Part shown: piece after piece, positions 12,685 to 24,774 of the stretch | How positions within the stretch are numbered: position 1 is the stretch's first letter | How the letters are laid out: the number at the start of each line of letters is the position of its first letter | Assembly (NCBI GenBank): GCA_951406725.2 | Contig: OX597815.1 | Location: 5,022,001 to 5,086,000 of the forward strand | Length of the DNA: 64,000 bases | Source of the DNA: Octopus vulgaris | Taxonomy: Eukaryota | Direction: 5' to 3' | Notes under the pieces: generated by a model | Seen by the model: the letters and a program-made list of their open reading frames with translations, nothing else | Databases searched by the model: none | What the model was told of the DNA's origin: nothing | Made by a program: the position numbers and the translations under genes

Positions 12685-13048
12685 TGTTTCTAAAAGGCGT
12701 GCTTCGAGAGTTGCATTCCCTCGCGTTCGGTACAATGTGTTTATTATGGTAGTTGTTTTTTTTTACTTTAAAAGTCCCTCCTAGCATGAATCATTTGTGT
12801 ATAGTAATGCCCTTAATATAAATATAAATATATTTAAATGGAATGATTAATAAATTTTTCCCTTATGAGGTTTTTCACGCTAACCACTTGATAATTTCTT
12901 ATAAAGATTTTATCCTATTTTAAAATTGTATATATATATATATAAAGTTAATCCAAACAAGAAAACAAAAACAAAAAAAAACAACAACGCAAGGACGTGG
13001 AACAAATAAAGTATTATTGGACGCTCAGGAAAGAAGGGAAGAAGGAGG

Positions 13049-13083
13049 GTTTGACGTTTCGAGCGGAGCTCTTCATCAGAAAC
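13049..13083 (-). ncRNA. Minimal type I hammerhead ribozyme in a PLE pLTR-type repeat (12945-13150)
   Basis: gttt CTGATGA a gagc-tcc-gctc GAAA cg TC^aaac: intact core, GUC triplet, palindromic ACGT stem III typical of PLE hammerheads. Confidence 0.8.
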
Positions 13084-13145
13084 ATAGGAGAAGGAAAGCG
13101 AGAAGGGAAGACAGGGGAAAAAATCGTTTGTGATGCAGACGAGGT

Positions 13146-13185
<40 letters not shown>

Positions 13186-13187
13186 AT

Positions 13188-13224
<37 letters not shown>

Positions 13225-13228
<4 letters not shown>

Positions 13229-13385
13229 AAGCGTGGCTGTGTGGAAGCTTACTTCCCAACCACATGACTTCATGGCTTCAGTCCCACTGCGTGACACTTT
13301 GGGCAAGTGTCTTCTACTATAGCCTCGAGCCGACCAAAGCCTTGTGAGTGGATTTGGTAGACGGAAACTGAAAGAAGCCCATCGT
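13225..13385 (+). mobile_element. SINE family A, 5' half
   Basis: Head through gaaactgaaagaagccc, followed by (TA)n. Confidence 0.75.
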
Positions 13386-13389
13386 AGAA

Positions 13390-13447
<58 letters not shown>

Positions 13448-14303
13448 ATGAAATTCCGACCTAGTCTGAGTTTCACGCTTTATTATTTACAAATTTTACA
13501 ATTTACCGTTATCATAATAATAGAATATTATATATTTATTGCGATAAAGCTAGTTCTTTGATGCGTTACACAATCATCAGGCTTCTGTAGTATTAGTGAC
13601 AGTCGTGTTCCACGCCTGACAGAACTCAAAGAATTTCTACTCAAACAAAAATACCCCCCTCTGGTATTGCGAGTAGATGGCTTCCAGAGGAGAAGAGTAG
13701 AAATTACTTCTTTTTCAGCTCTTACACAGGCCATACCGTTTCTAGTTAGAAAATCTTTTCCAGATGATGATATGTATGACCCAAGATATGTATGACCCGT
13801 CTCTACTTATAGAAAATGGTATACAACGTAATATAGAAATACCGATGCAACAACTTAGGGCAACCCAAGAAAGAGGAAAACAAGAACGGGTCATACCATG
13901 TATAGTGATACACAATCCTTATCACCAAATTATCTTTAGCATTGCCAAAGCCAACTTGCCGATCATTTCTCAGAGTAATGGTTTAAAGACTATAAAAACG
14001 GATTGAGCTATGGTTCTAAGTAAAAGACCGCCATAAAAAAACAATTATTAACAAAGGCAAAGCTTGACCTAAGGAACAATAATGAATCATTCGTTATATC
14101 TAAATGTAGAAATAACAGTCACATCTTTATAGTGTAAACAGAAGAATCATTTCCAAATTAATTAATTATTGATAAACTAATCAGCGTACATTTGTAATAC
14201 AGAAATGTACTATAGAGCACTTTGTTAAATTGTGTCCACAAAGAAATCAGAAAGACGTCAGTATATGAACGCAAAAACCTGAAGAATATTTGCAAACGTA
14301 AAT

Positions 14304-14590
14304 ATGAACTTTAAAAGCAGAAATTCAATTTACTGCGTCAAATGCCCGAATTGTGAAACGGTGTACGTTGGTCAGACTGAGAATGCATTAGCGCAACGTT
14401 CACGTGTGTTCCGACAGCGTATTAGGGACCCTGATGTCCGTCAGATACCTTTAAGTAACTATGTGGCAACACGTGGTCAGAAAAAGTTTACAATATTGCC
14501 ATTGTACAAAGCATACAACTCAAGTGAAGTCGAGAGAATAGTCAGAGAGAAGAATTTTATTGATTAATTTAAAATCATTTTGAATGGATA
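14304..14590 (+). pseudogene. GIY-YIG endonuclease domain of the Penelope-like element (decayed)
   Basis: IY-x2-CxxC-x3-YVGQT-x6-R motif; premature stop. Confidence 0.8.
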
Positions 14591-14634
14591 ATAATAATAA
14601 CAATAATAATGATAATAATAATAATAATAATAAC

Positions 14635-14664
<30 letters not shown>

Positions 14665-14666
<2 letters not shown>

Positions 14667-14932
14667 TAGCTTGGGAAGTTAAGCAGTTGTGGTCAATGAA
14701 AAAGGTAGCAGTAGTACCAATAATTGGCGCAGCTCTGGGAACAGTGAGCAAAAATCTCGAGAAGTACGTCGAACAAAAAGGGGCTGCAATAAGGGTGGAG
14801 CTCTTGCAGAAAACAGCACTGCTTGAATACTCCGGAAGGTGCTCGAAAAATAAGAGGTGTTAACTTAGTTCACTGGTAGTGAACAGCTGACACTGTAGTA
14901 CATCTCCAGCGTTAGAAGCTGTGTAAAGGCAA
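14665..14932 (+). mobile_element. RLE-type LINE 3' fragment inserted in (TAA)n
   Basis: AWEVKQLWSMKKVAVVPIIGAALGTVSKNL; same family as 35880-36530. Confidence 0.8.
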
Positions 14933-15493
14933 TAGTGATAATAATAGTTATAGTAACGGCGATAGTTGTAATGATGATAATAATAATTATAAGTACTACT
15001 GCTATTATTGCTACTACTACAACTACCATCACCACTAACAACCACGATAATAAAGGTGATGATGGTGGTGATGATGTTAATCATATTAACATAGAATTGA
15101 TTGAAATGTAAAATTTCTAGAAAATTGTAGAAATAGTAGCAATAAAATCCAAAGAAAACAGGAATGTTGTTTATAACATTCCTAAATATAGCCAAATAAT
15201 TATTTCTTTAGGTGCCGTGAAAGTAAAGAATCCTTGAAGTGCCTACCAAACCGTGAGGTCTAAGCCGCACACAAATATTTCGTTGAAAAAAAAACCAAAA
15301 AAAACCCAAAAAAAAAACGGGATAAGTACTAACCAAGTTGGCGCATTCACCAAACCGTGATATGTAAGCCACATACTGATTGTCCAAAATATAGTTCGTA
15401 AGATTCAACCTCTGGAGCCTATCGGAAGGTATTTAAAGAAGAAATTTAATATTTTCACTATAGTTGTCAATTGTAGAAGACGACTGTCATTAC

Positions 15494-15536
15494 ATAAACC
15501 TGATGATTGTGTAACGCATGAAAGTACTAGTTTTAT
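15494..15536 (+). ncRNA. Minimal type I hammerhead ribozyme (U10.1/U11.1 variant) in the 3' pLTR
   Basis: aaac CTGATGA t tgtg-taa-cgca t GAAA gtac TA^gttt. The inverted copy at 13544-13585 has a compensatory stem I (aagc/gctt) but GAAA>CAAA. Confidence 0.75.
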
Positions 15537-15551
15537 CGCAATAAATATATA

Positions 15552-16064
15552 TCTATATATATAAAACTGTAGTTGTGTGAGTGTCTGTCCCCTTCGATTT
15601 AGATTCCTAACTACTCCCACATTTTGCGGTGCAGTTTAACCAAATTCGGGTAGCTTATAGTCGTGATTCATATCAAGCCCGTCTGAGTATTAGCGCGCGT
15701 CTACGATGAGTCTACGATTTTAAAAATAATTTAACATCATTTTTTATTCCATTTTAATGCATAATTTTTCGTGTGTCGATGGCGGCGGAGTTGGCGTCCA
15801 TGGTCACACCTGCACCTGTTTGCTTCTCCCCCTTCTTCCCTCCGTCGTGAAGCTGTGGGGAAGGGAGTGTAAGGAAATCAACGTCGTAAAGCGTTGTCAA
15901 GGAGACTAGCGTTCTTTTAGAACAACGACTTCAAGGCTTGAAGACACCAAAACAGAAATGGCTAAGAAAGCCCGAATTGGCATCTATAAGGGAAGTAACT
16001 CTCTAAAAATGCTTATATAGTTATTTCCCTTACAAACCCGAGCAACGCCGGGCGATACTGCTAG
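15552..16064 (+). mobile_element. Non-autonomous Helitron H1 carrying ~200 bp of the cargo module
   Basis: A|TCTATATATATAAAAC ... cccgagcaacgccgggcgatactgCTAG|T; 15770-15975 matches the reverse complement of 44245-44430. Confidence 0.9.
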
Positions 16065-16181
16065 TTCGATTATAAAAAAATTGTAAAAAAATGCAAAAAT
16101 TGTAAATAATAAAACGGGAAAATCAGACCAGGTCGGAAATTTTATTGATTAATATATTCTTCTACACTCAATCATACAAAC

Positions 16182-16800
16182 TCATATATATATATATATA
16201 AACGGCAGTTTGTCTGTCTGTGTGTCTGTGTGTCTGTCAGGTTGTACCCTCACCCTGACCACGGCTTTCAACCGATTCTGATGAAACTTGACACACACAT
16301 AGCCCAATGTCATAATTCAAAACTAACGCAGCGAAAATTTTGAAAAGTTCCCCCAGTTCTGAAAACAATCGATAAATTCGACATGGGGTCGAGAATCTAA
16401 GCTTTTTATATGCAACACATTTTCTGTTGTAGTTTTCACTAACTCATGGTGAAGCTTAATGTTACCCTAAGAAACTTAATTCTGACGTTAGTTTTCCATG
16501 CAATACCTTACCATCACAAAAAATCGATAAAATCATGCCATTTTGGGAAATCGCGTTCAAATTCAAGATGACATATTTTCGACAATATCTTTCACAAATT
16601 GGCAGGAATTTTTTTAAAATTCACAGCGAGCATCATGTCTGGTCCAAGAAGCTATATGGCCCTTTTTATTCCAATATGATACTTTATTACTGGAAAATAA
16701 TCGGTTAATTAAATCATATGTGGCACACATAGCAAACCGATTTGTGTATTAAATACAAACCGCAGACTGTCTAGGGGACGCAATTGGTTGGGTTGAATTA
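16182..16800 (+). mobile_element. Helitron/Helentron (DINE-like) non-autonomous 5' portion
   Basis: TC(AT)nAAA start, (GTCT)-rich 5' microsatellite, caaccgattctgatgaaacttg motif; no 3' CTAG identified. Confidence 0.5.
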
Positions 16801-17126
16801 TCGATAGCTGTTTGATAGTTATTTGGGAGTGAAGAGAAGACATTGCAACCTACACATGCTCCTTCGTTCCCTAGAGGGAAAGGATTAGATTGGGATTATT
16901 TCCTTATGTGTTTACGGATGGTTGAATTTTGTGTGTGTGTGTGTATACATCTTTGTGGGGGTGTGCGTATGTGTGAATATATAGCGGGGGGAGCATGTGC
17001 AGGATTTCATATTACATGCAGCATACGTCAGTTGTTCATGTATACAAAGTTGCATTAAACACACACATGTATGTATGCATGGAAAAATGTGCGTGTGTGA
17101 GTATAATATATATGTATGTGTGTGTG

Positions 17127-17195
<69 letters not shown>

Positions 17196-17280
17196 CTTCT
17201 AATATTCATACGCATCTTTGAATATATGAATATATATCTATATACACACACATATATATATATCTCCATATCTCTCACTC

Positions 17281-17316
<36 letters not shown>

Positions 17317-17334
17317 TTGTGTATATATATAAAA

Positions 17335-17490
17335 TGTGACCTCGGGTGTACCGTTGGCGATTTTTTCCCTCTGTCTTCCTTTCTCTGGATCTTTCCTTCT
17401 CCTATGTTTCCGACGAAGAGCTCCGCTTGAAACGTTAAACCCTCTTTCTTTCCTGAGCGTCCAATAATACTATATTTGCTCCACGTCCTA
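17335..17490 (+). mobile_element. PLE pLTR-type repeat with variant hammerhead (17406-17440)
   Basis: Reverse-complement homologue of 12990-13150; gttt CCGACGA agagctccgctt GAAA cg TT aaac. Confidence 0.7.
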
Positions 17491-17740
17491 GCCATTTCTC
17501 TGCTTTGAGCATGGCGACTTCAAAGCCATGAAGTCGTTCTTCGAGAAGAACGGTGGTCTCCTTGGCAACGCTTACGACGTGTGTTTCCTCTCCCCTCCCC
17601 TTCCCCACAGCTTCACGAGGGAGGGAAAGAAGGGGAGGAGCAGTACAGGTGCAGGTGCGAGCATGGACGCCGACACACGAAGAATTGGAAGAACCCAGAC
17701 GACAGCTTCACAGTCAACCACTACTACGGACAACTCTACC
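17487..17740 (-). mobile_element. Helitron cargo module, partial copy
   Basis: Near-identical to 44805-45060; strand is given relative to Helitron orientation. Confidence 0.75.
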
Positions 17741-20392
17741 ACGACCACCACCAACACGACCACCACGACCACGACCACCATACCACCATCACCACGACCA
17801 TGACCACCACCACCATGACCACCACCATCGCCGCCACCATCACCACCACCATCGCCGCCACCACCACCACCACCACCACCATCACCACCACCATCACCAC
17901 TACCATCACCACCACCATCGCCGCAACCACCAACACCACCACCATCGCCGCCACCACCACCACCACCACCACCACCACCACAACAACCACCACCATCACC
18001 ATCATCACCACCGTCAAAACCACCAACTCCACCACCACCACCACCACCACCATCACCACCACCACCACCACAACCACCACCATCACCATCATCACCACCA
18101 TCAAAACCACCAACTCCACCACCACCACCACCACCACCATCACCACCACCACCACCACAACCACCACCATCACCATCACCATCATCACCACCGTCACCAC
18201 CACCACCACCATCACCACCACCAACTCCACCACCACCCACCACCAACTCCACCACCACCACCACCAACTCCACCACCACCACCACCAACTCCACCACCAC
18301 CACCATCACCACCACCACCATCATCACCACCACCACCACCATCACCACCACCACCACCATCACCACCATCACCAACTCCACCACCACCATCACCACCATC
18401 AACTCCACCACCACCACCACCAACTCCACCACCATCACCATCGCCACCACCACCACCATCACCACCATCACCACCACCACCACCACCACCACCACCACCA
18501 CCACCATCACCACTACCACCATCACCATCATCACCAACTCCACCACCACCAACTCCACCACCACCACCACCACCACCACCACATCCACCACCAACTCCAC
18601 AACCATCACCACCCCCACCATCACCACCACCATCATCACCATAATCACCAACTCCACCACCACCAACTCCACCACCACCACCAACTCCACCACCATCACC
18701 ACCGCCACCACGACCACCATCATCACCATCACCACCACCACCACCACCACCACCACCACCACCACCACCACCATCACCATCATCACCAACTCCACCACCA
18801 CCAACTCCACCACCACCACCACCACCACATCCACCACCAACTCCACAACCATCACCACCGCCACCATCACCACCACCATCATCACCATAATCACCAACTC
18901 CACCACCACCAACTCCACCACCACCAACTCCACCACCACCAACTCCACCACCACCACCAACTCCACCACCATCACCACCGCCACCACGACCACCATCATC
19001 ACCATCACCACCACCACCACCACCACCACCACCACCACCACCATCACCACCACCACCATCACCATCATCACCAACTCCACCACCACCACTCCACCACCAC
19101 CATCACCACCACCACCACCATCACCACCACCACCACCACCACGACCACCACCACAACCACCACCAACTCCACCACCATCACCACCGCCACCACGACCACC
19201 ATCATCACCATCAACATCACCACCACCACCACCACCACCACCACCACCACCACCACCATCACCACCACCACCACCACCACCACCACCACCACCACCACCA
19301 CCACCATCACCACCACCACCATCACCACCACCACCAACAACAACTACACCACCACCAACTACCACCACCACCACCACCACCACCACCACCACCACCACCA
19401 CCACCACCACCACCACCACCACCACCAACACCACCACAACTAACACCACCACCACAACCAACACCAACTCCACCACCATCACCACCGCCACCACCACCAC
19501 CATCATCACCACCACCACCACCACCACCACCACCACCACCATCACCATCATCACCAACTCCACCACCACCACCACCACCACCACCACCACCACCACCACC
19601 ATCATCACCAACACCACCACCACCACCACCACCACACCAACTCCACCACCACCAACTCCACCACCACCACCACCACTACCACCACCATCACCACCGCCAC
19701 CACTACCACCATCACCACTACCACCACCATCATCACCACCACCACCACCACCACCACCAACTCCACCACCACCAACTCCACCACCACCACCACCACCACC
19801 ACCACTACCGCCACCATCACCACCGCCACCACTACCACCATCACCACCACCACCACCATCATCACCACCACCACCACCACCACCACCAACAACAACAACA
19901 ATAAAAACAACAACTCCACCACCATAACCACCACCACCACCACCACCACCACCATAACCACCACCACCACCACCACCACATCCACCTCCACCACCACCAC
20001 CACCACCATCACCACCACCACCACCACCACCACCACCACCACCACCACCACCACCACCACCACCACCACCACCACAACCACCACCACCACCACCACCATA
20101 ACCACCACCACCACCACCATCACCACCACCATAACCACCACCACCACCACCACCACAACCTCCACCACCACCACCACCACCACCATCACTACCACCACCA
20201 TCAACACCACCACCACCACCACCACCACCACCACCTCCACCACCACCACCATCACCACCACCACCACAACCACCACCACCACCACCACCACCACCACCAC
20301 CACCACCACCATCAACTCCACAACCACCAGCGCCACCACCACCACCACCACCACCACCACCACCACCACCACCACCATAACCACCGCCACCA
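17740..20392. repeat. ~2.65-kb degenerate (ACC)n array with higher-order units (e.g. accaactccaccaccacc)
   Basis: Seen directly; it is the source of the 363-, 620- and 949-aa poly-H/T/P/V/G ORFs. Confidence 0.95.
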
Positions 20393-20619
20393 ATTTCCCG
20401 TGTGTCGTCGTCCAGGCTCACACCTGCACCTGTGAAGCGTTGTCATGGAGACCACCGTTCTTCTCCCAAAAATTCTAAACTTCGTATTCTTGTAGAATCT
20501 GTCAAAATAAAACATTTTTTTCTCTTGGCTTTATTCAGAAAATTCTAGAGTTTCTAAGATATTTGCTGTCTTTTCTTCTGCAATTTCAACTAATCAATGA
20601 CGTCTATTGGGCCACAACC

Positions 20620-21421
20620 AATAAATACATTCGGTTGTGCCAATTCTTTGCACGGGAAACCTGCCTTTGTGTGGCGTGTTTCCCCATTTTGTAAATTCGT
20701 CTTCGGCTTTCCTAGCCATTCTCTGCTTTGAGCATGGCGACTTCAAAGCCATGAAGTCGTTCTTCGAGAAGAACGGTGGTCTCCTTGGCAACGCTTACGA
20801 CGTGTGTTTTCCCTACCCTCCCCTTCCCCACAGCTTCACAAGGGAGGGAAAGAAGGGGAGGAGCAGCACAGGTGCAGGTGCGAGCATGGACGCCGACACA
20901 CGAAGAATTGGAAGAACCCAGACGACAACTTCACAGTCAAACGACTACTACGGACAACTCTGCCACGACCACCACCAACTATGGCGAAAGAATGTATCTG
21001 GTGGACGCGCCTGAAAGGATTAGAGACAAATACTTTTCTCTCTGGTTAATCTCTCTTGAGCATAATCCTATGAACCCAGAAAAATTTAAAACAGAGGGTT
21101 ACCTACTTGCAAATAAATATGACATCATTGACCGAGGTTACCGTGGTCTTTTCCGTAGGCTTTTCTTCCCACGGATAAACCTTATCTGCTTCCCCTTTAC
21201 ACCTTACATCATGACACTGTGATACACGATCCCTTTCGATCGTTTTCTTTTTTCTTTTTTCTTTCTTTTGTTTCTTTTCCTTTTTTTTCTTCTTTCCCCT
21301 TTACGATCCCTTTTGATCGAAAACCTACCCCACCTTTTTATTTTTTTCTCCCTTAAAAGAAAAGGTCTACTTTGTAATCTGTCCCGTCTGTGTGCAGCCC
21401 TGTGTGGCTAATAAAGAAGCA

Positions 21422-21425
<4 letters not shown>
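20620..21425. mobile_element. Composite 1: Helitron cargo module fused to an L1/Tx1-like LINE 3' end
   Basis: Module at 20620-20980, then MAKECIWWTRLKGLETNTFLSG and a 3' UTR ending gtggctaataaagaagcata followed by (TC)n. Confidence 0.65.
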
Positions 21426-21474
<49 letters not shown>

Positions 21475-21511
21475 AACTTATGGACGGAATATATTCACAT
21501 CGGCTCGTAGT

Positions 21512-22200
21512 AAGTTTGCCTTTTTATTGTCTTCAAAAGTTTGTGTTTGGATAATATTTTTTATGTAAAAGTTGTGCAACAACTAATAAATACAAAATAC
21601 ATTCGGTTGTGCCAATTCTTTGCACGGGAAACCTGCCTTTGTGTGGCGTGTTTCCCCATTTTGTAAATTCGTCTTCGGCTTTCCTAGCCATTCTCTGCTT
21701 TGAGCATGGCGACTTCAAAGCCATGAAGTCGTTCTTCGAGAAGAACGGTGGTCTCCTTGGCAACGCTTACGACGTGTGTTTTCCCTCCCCTCCCCTTCCC
21801 CACAGTTTATCGAGGGAGGGAAAGAAGGGGAGGAGAAACACAAGTGCAGGTGCGAGCATTGACGCCGACACACGAAGAATTGGAAGAACCAAGACGACAG
21901 CTTCACAGTCAACCACTACTACGGACAACTCTGCCACGACCACCACCAACTATGGCGAAAGAATGTATCTGGTGGACGCGAATATTTAAAAAAAAGATGG
22001 GTGAATGTAGCAAGGATGGCACGTATGAATGACGAAGCCACCTTGAGCATAATCCTATGAACGAAAAAAAGAAAGGAAAAAGAGAGACATTTACTGTAAT
22101 GTGCTTTTTGTATGACATTCTTGCCCAAGGTTACCGTGGTGTTTCCGTAGGCTTTTCTTTTCACGGATAAACCTAATCTGTTTTCCCTTTTTACATTGAC
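21512..22200. mobile_element. Composite 2: Helitron cargo module fused to the same LINE 3' end, with a different internal deletion
   Basis: Same junction accaccaact|atggcgaaag; then RWVNVARMARMNDEATLSIIL*. Confidence 0.65.
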
Positions 22201-22221
22201 ATTTCTGTGAATTTGGTTGGG

Positions 22222-22353
22222 TTCCGTCTTCCAAATCCACTCACAAGGCTTTGGTCGGCCCGAGGCTATAGTAGAAGATACTATACGCCGTGGTACTGAA
22301 CCCGGAACCTTGTGGTTGGTAAGCAAGCTACTTACCACACAGCCACTCCTGCA

Positions 22354-22355
<2 letters not shown>
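22222..22355 (-). mobile_element. SINE family A, 5' half
   Basis: Reverse complement of the head. Confidence 0.75.
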
Positions 22356-22429
<74 letters not shown>

Positions 22430-22438
<9 letters not shown>

Positions 22439-22812
22439 CTGAAGTTGTCTGTGTATGGCAGGTTTGGTAGCCTTCAACAAACACTATCTCCTCCGAAACC
22501 CTGCGGCACAAGTTGACCAAAATTGAAAGTATGATAGAAGAAGGCTTGCTCTTCCTTCCGTAGAAGAAAAATTCAAATCAGACCATGTCAACACCAAAAT
22601 TTATTTACATCAAAAAGGTGCTTATTTTTCTATGAAAATCCCTATTTTTTACGATTTTTTGACAGCTGTATCGCCATTTTTCGCTGTATTTCAACCAGAA
22701 AAATGTTCACTTAAAGAGAATATCAAGCTACATAATGCAAAATTTTTACTTTTCAAAAATTCCAATTCTAAAGGGTCGAAACAAACCCGAGCAACGCCGG
22801 GCGATACTGCTA

Positions 22813-22813
<1 letters not shown>
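22430..22813 (+). mobile_element. Non-autonomous Helitron, family H2
   Basis: Body matches 37193-37500; ends acaaacccgagcaacgccgggcgatactgCTAG|T; the 5' end is lost in (TA)n. Confidence 0.85.
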
Positions 22814-22878
<65 letters not shown>

Positions 22879-23079
22879 GGATGTGTATTTTTCTCTTGTT
22901 TACAATTAACACGGAAAATAGTTAAACAGTTACCAGGGTAGCAAAAATCACACAAGTAATAAGGACGTAACACCCTGTTTGTAAAGGTAGAAACTCCGGG
23001 TTGATGTGGAACAATACCAATGTTGTCTTCGAAACATGTGTCGGAAGTAAAAGAATTTGAATAACACCTGCGTTTAACT

Positions 23080-23165
<86 letters not shown>

Positions 23166-23489
23166 TACTACTAATATAGAATGAAGTCTTTTTACAGAAA
23201 AAAATTTCATCAAAAAAGTGACAGCATATTAAAATACCTTTACGGTTAAAATTATAAACAATTTATAAACAAGGGCAAAAGAAAATTATTTCTATGCCAA
23301 TATGCTGATAATAGACTTTTAAATCGTCAATTTCCACATATTATTATACCCACTACAGAAATACGTTGTGCTGAAATCGAGGGAACCTACCCAACAGAAT
23401 TTTTTAAAAAGTTCGTTATTTCTATATTGAATCAATTTCGGAATTAATCTCCTAATAAATTTTTATTAAATCTATTATGAGCTTAATTC

Positions 23490-23635
23490 CGAAATTGCCA
23501 AGCAAATGGGAAGCAGTAATTGAAGTAGATGGTGAATATGCTCCAGAATAATCATTTAAAGATGTTTTTGTTACATGTTATTGGTTTTGCTGAATAAAAT
23601 ATGTTGAAAGCCGAAATAATTATGCACCAACCCAA

Positions 23636-23637
<2 letters not shown>
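23490..23637 (+). mobile_element. mariner transposon 3' end
   Basis: LPSKWEAVIEVDGEYAPE* followed by a TIR, cgaaataattatgcaccaacccaa|TA. Confidence 0.75.
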
Positions 23638-23726
<89 letters not shown>

Positions 23727-23749
23727 ATCAAAATAAGCAACAAGGATAT

Positions 23750-23839
<90 letters not shown>

Positions 23840-24041
23840 ATATATATATATCTGCCGGCAACCCTGGTCGCCTACCGTGAAATATAAAATGAACTTTTTT
23901 TTAGTTTATCGTACTTCGATACGAAAAAGTTCTACAAATTTCCGTCTTAATAAACGACTATTGTTCCTGAAATTTGTTTTTTTTTACTATTTACTACGGA
24001 TTACTGGAAGCTAACTTTCTTCCTACATCTCGATCCCTGGA

Positions 24042-24088
<47 letters not shown>

Positions 24089-24167
24089 CATATGAAAGTT
24101 TTCTTTCAGTTTCCGTCTACCAAATCCACTCACAAGTTCTTGATTGACCCGAGGCTATAGTAAAGAC

Positions 24168-24350
24168 CTGATGCCAAAGCTTGGGACAAATCCTTCCAGG
24201 ACCTTCCAGATGTATATTATGACATATCTTTCTCGCTTTCGCTCTAAGGAATAGAGCCTGAATCTCTTGAGTCTTTCCCAATAGCTTATATGCTACATAG
24301 AGGCTATCTTCTTGGTGTAGCTTCGTTGGATTGCCTCATGTTCTGAGATT
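24168..24350 (-). mobile_element. CR1/L2-group LINE RT C-terminal fragment
   Basis: EAIQRSYTKKI...SYWERLKRFRLYSLERKRERYVIIYIWKVLEG. Confidence 0.75.
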
Positions 24351-24774
24351 AATTAGTATGAATTTATTATAATATTATTATAGTATTGTATACAAAATAT
24401 ATAGTATATTAAATATCAAATGATTCATAGCATATATATAAGTTAGTAAAATATAAAATATTTATTTACGCATAAAATAGGGGGGAGCAGAGGGTATTAT
24501 ATGGCTACGAGGGTGGCGATGACCCCAAAAGTTTGAGAACTTCTGTATCTGTGACCGACAGCAACCACTAAATTATTTAAAACAATTAACAAAAGTATGG
24601 AAGATGTTACGAAGTCATAAAACCAACCGCTTGCTGTTGTGACATCCATAGTATTGGCTGTTCCCGTTTTAAGTTAAATATCAGCTCTGGTTCAGTATTT
24701 AATCATAGACGTTCTAGTCGTGACCATCCAGCTTTTTTTTTATAAACATTCACCAAAGTATAATATTATTTCAT

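Larger units (their letters stand above)
11890..12930. mobile_element. Penelope-like pseudo-LTR pair in inverted, circularly permuted arrangement (~1-kb foldback)
   Basis: 11890-12400 and 12405-12930 are reverse complements (roughly 85-90% by eye), with the unit start repeated; each arm holds a hammerhead motif. Confidence 0.75.
13441..16160 (+). mobile_element. Penelope-like retroelement remnant: inverted 5' pLTR, RT C-terminus, GIY-YIG endonuclease, 3' pLTR, with nested insertions
   Basis: RLTELKEFLLKQKYP...IPCIVIHNP (13615-13920) and NSIYCVKCPNCETVYVGQTENALAQR (from 14304). 13441-13615 is the reverse complement of 15480-15551 plus 16065-16150. Confidence 0.8.

Noticed and set aside
17553-20421. 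363-, 620- and 949-aa ORFs (poly-His/Thr/Pro/Val/Gly)
   Set aside because: (ACC)n has no stop codons in any frame; frame slips are random, and there is no splice or domain evidence.
22995-23050. Further hammerhead-like strings (also 23420-23496, 39376-39410, 57846-57965, 63365-63390)
   Set aside because: Only one half of the core is present, or stems I/III do not pair.
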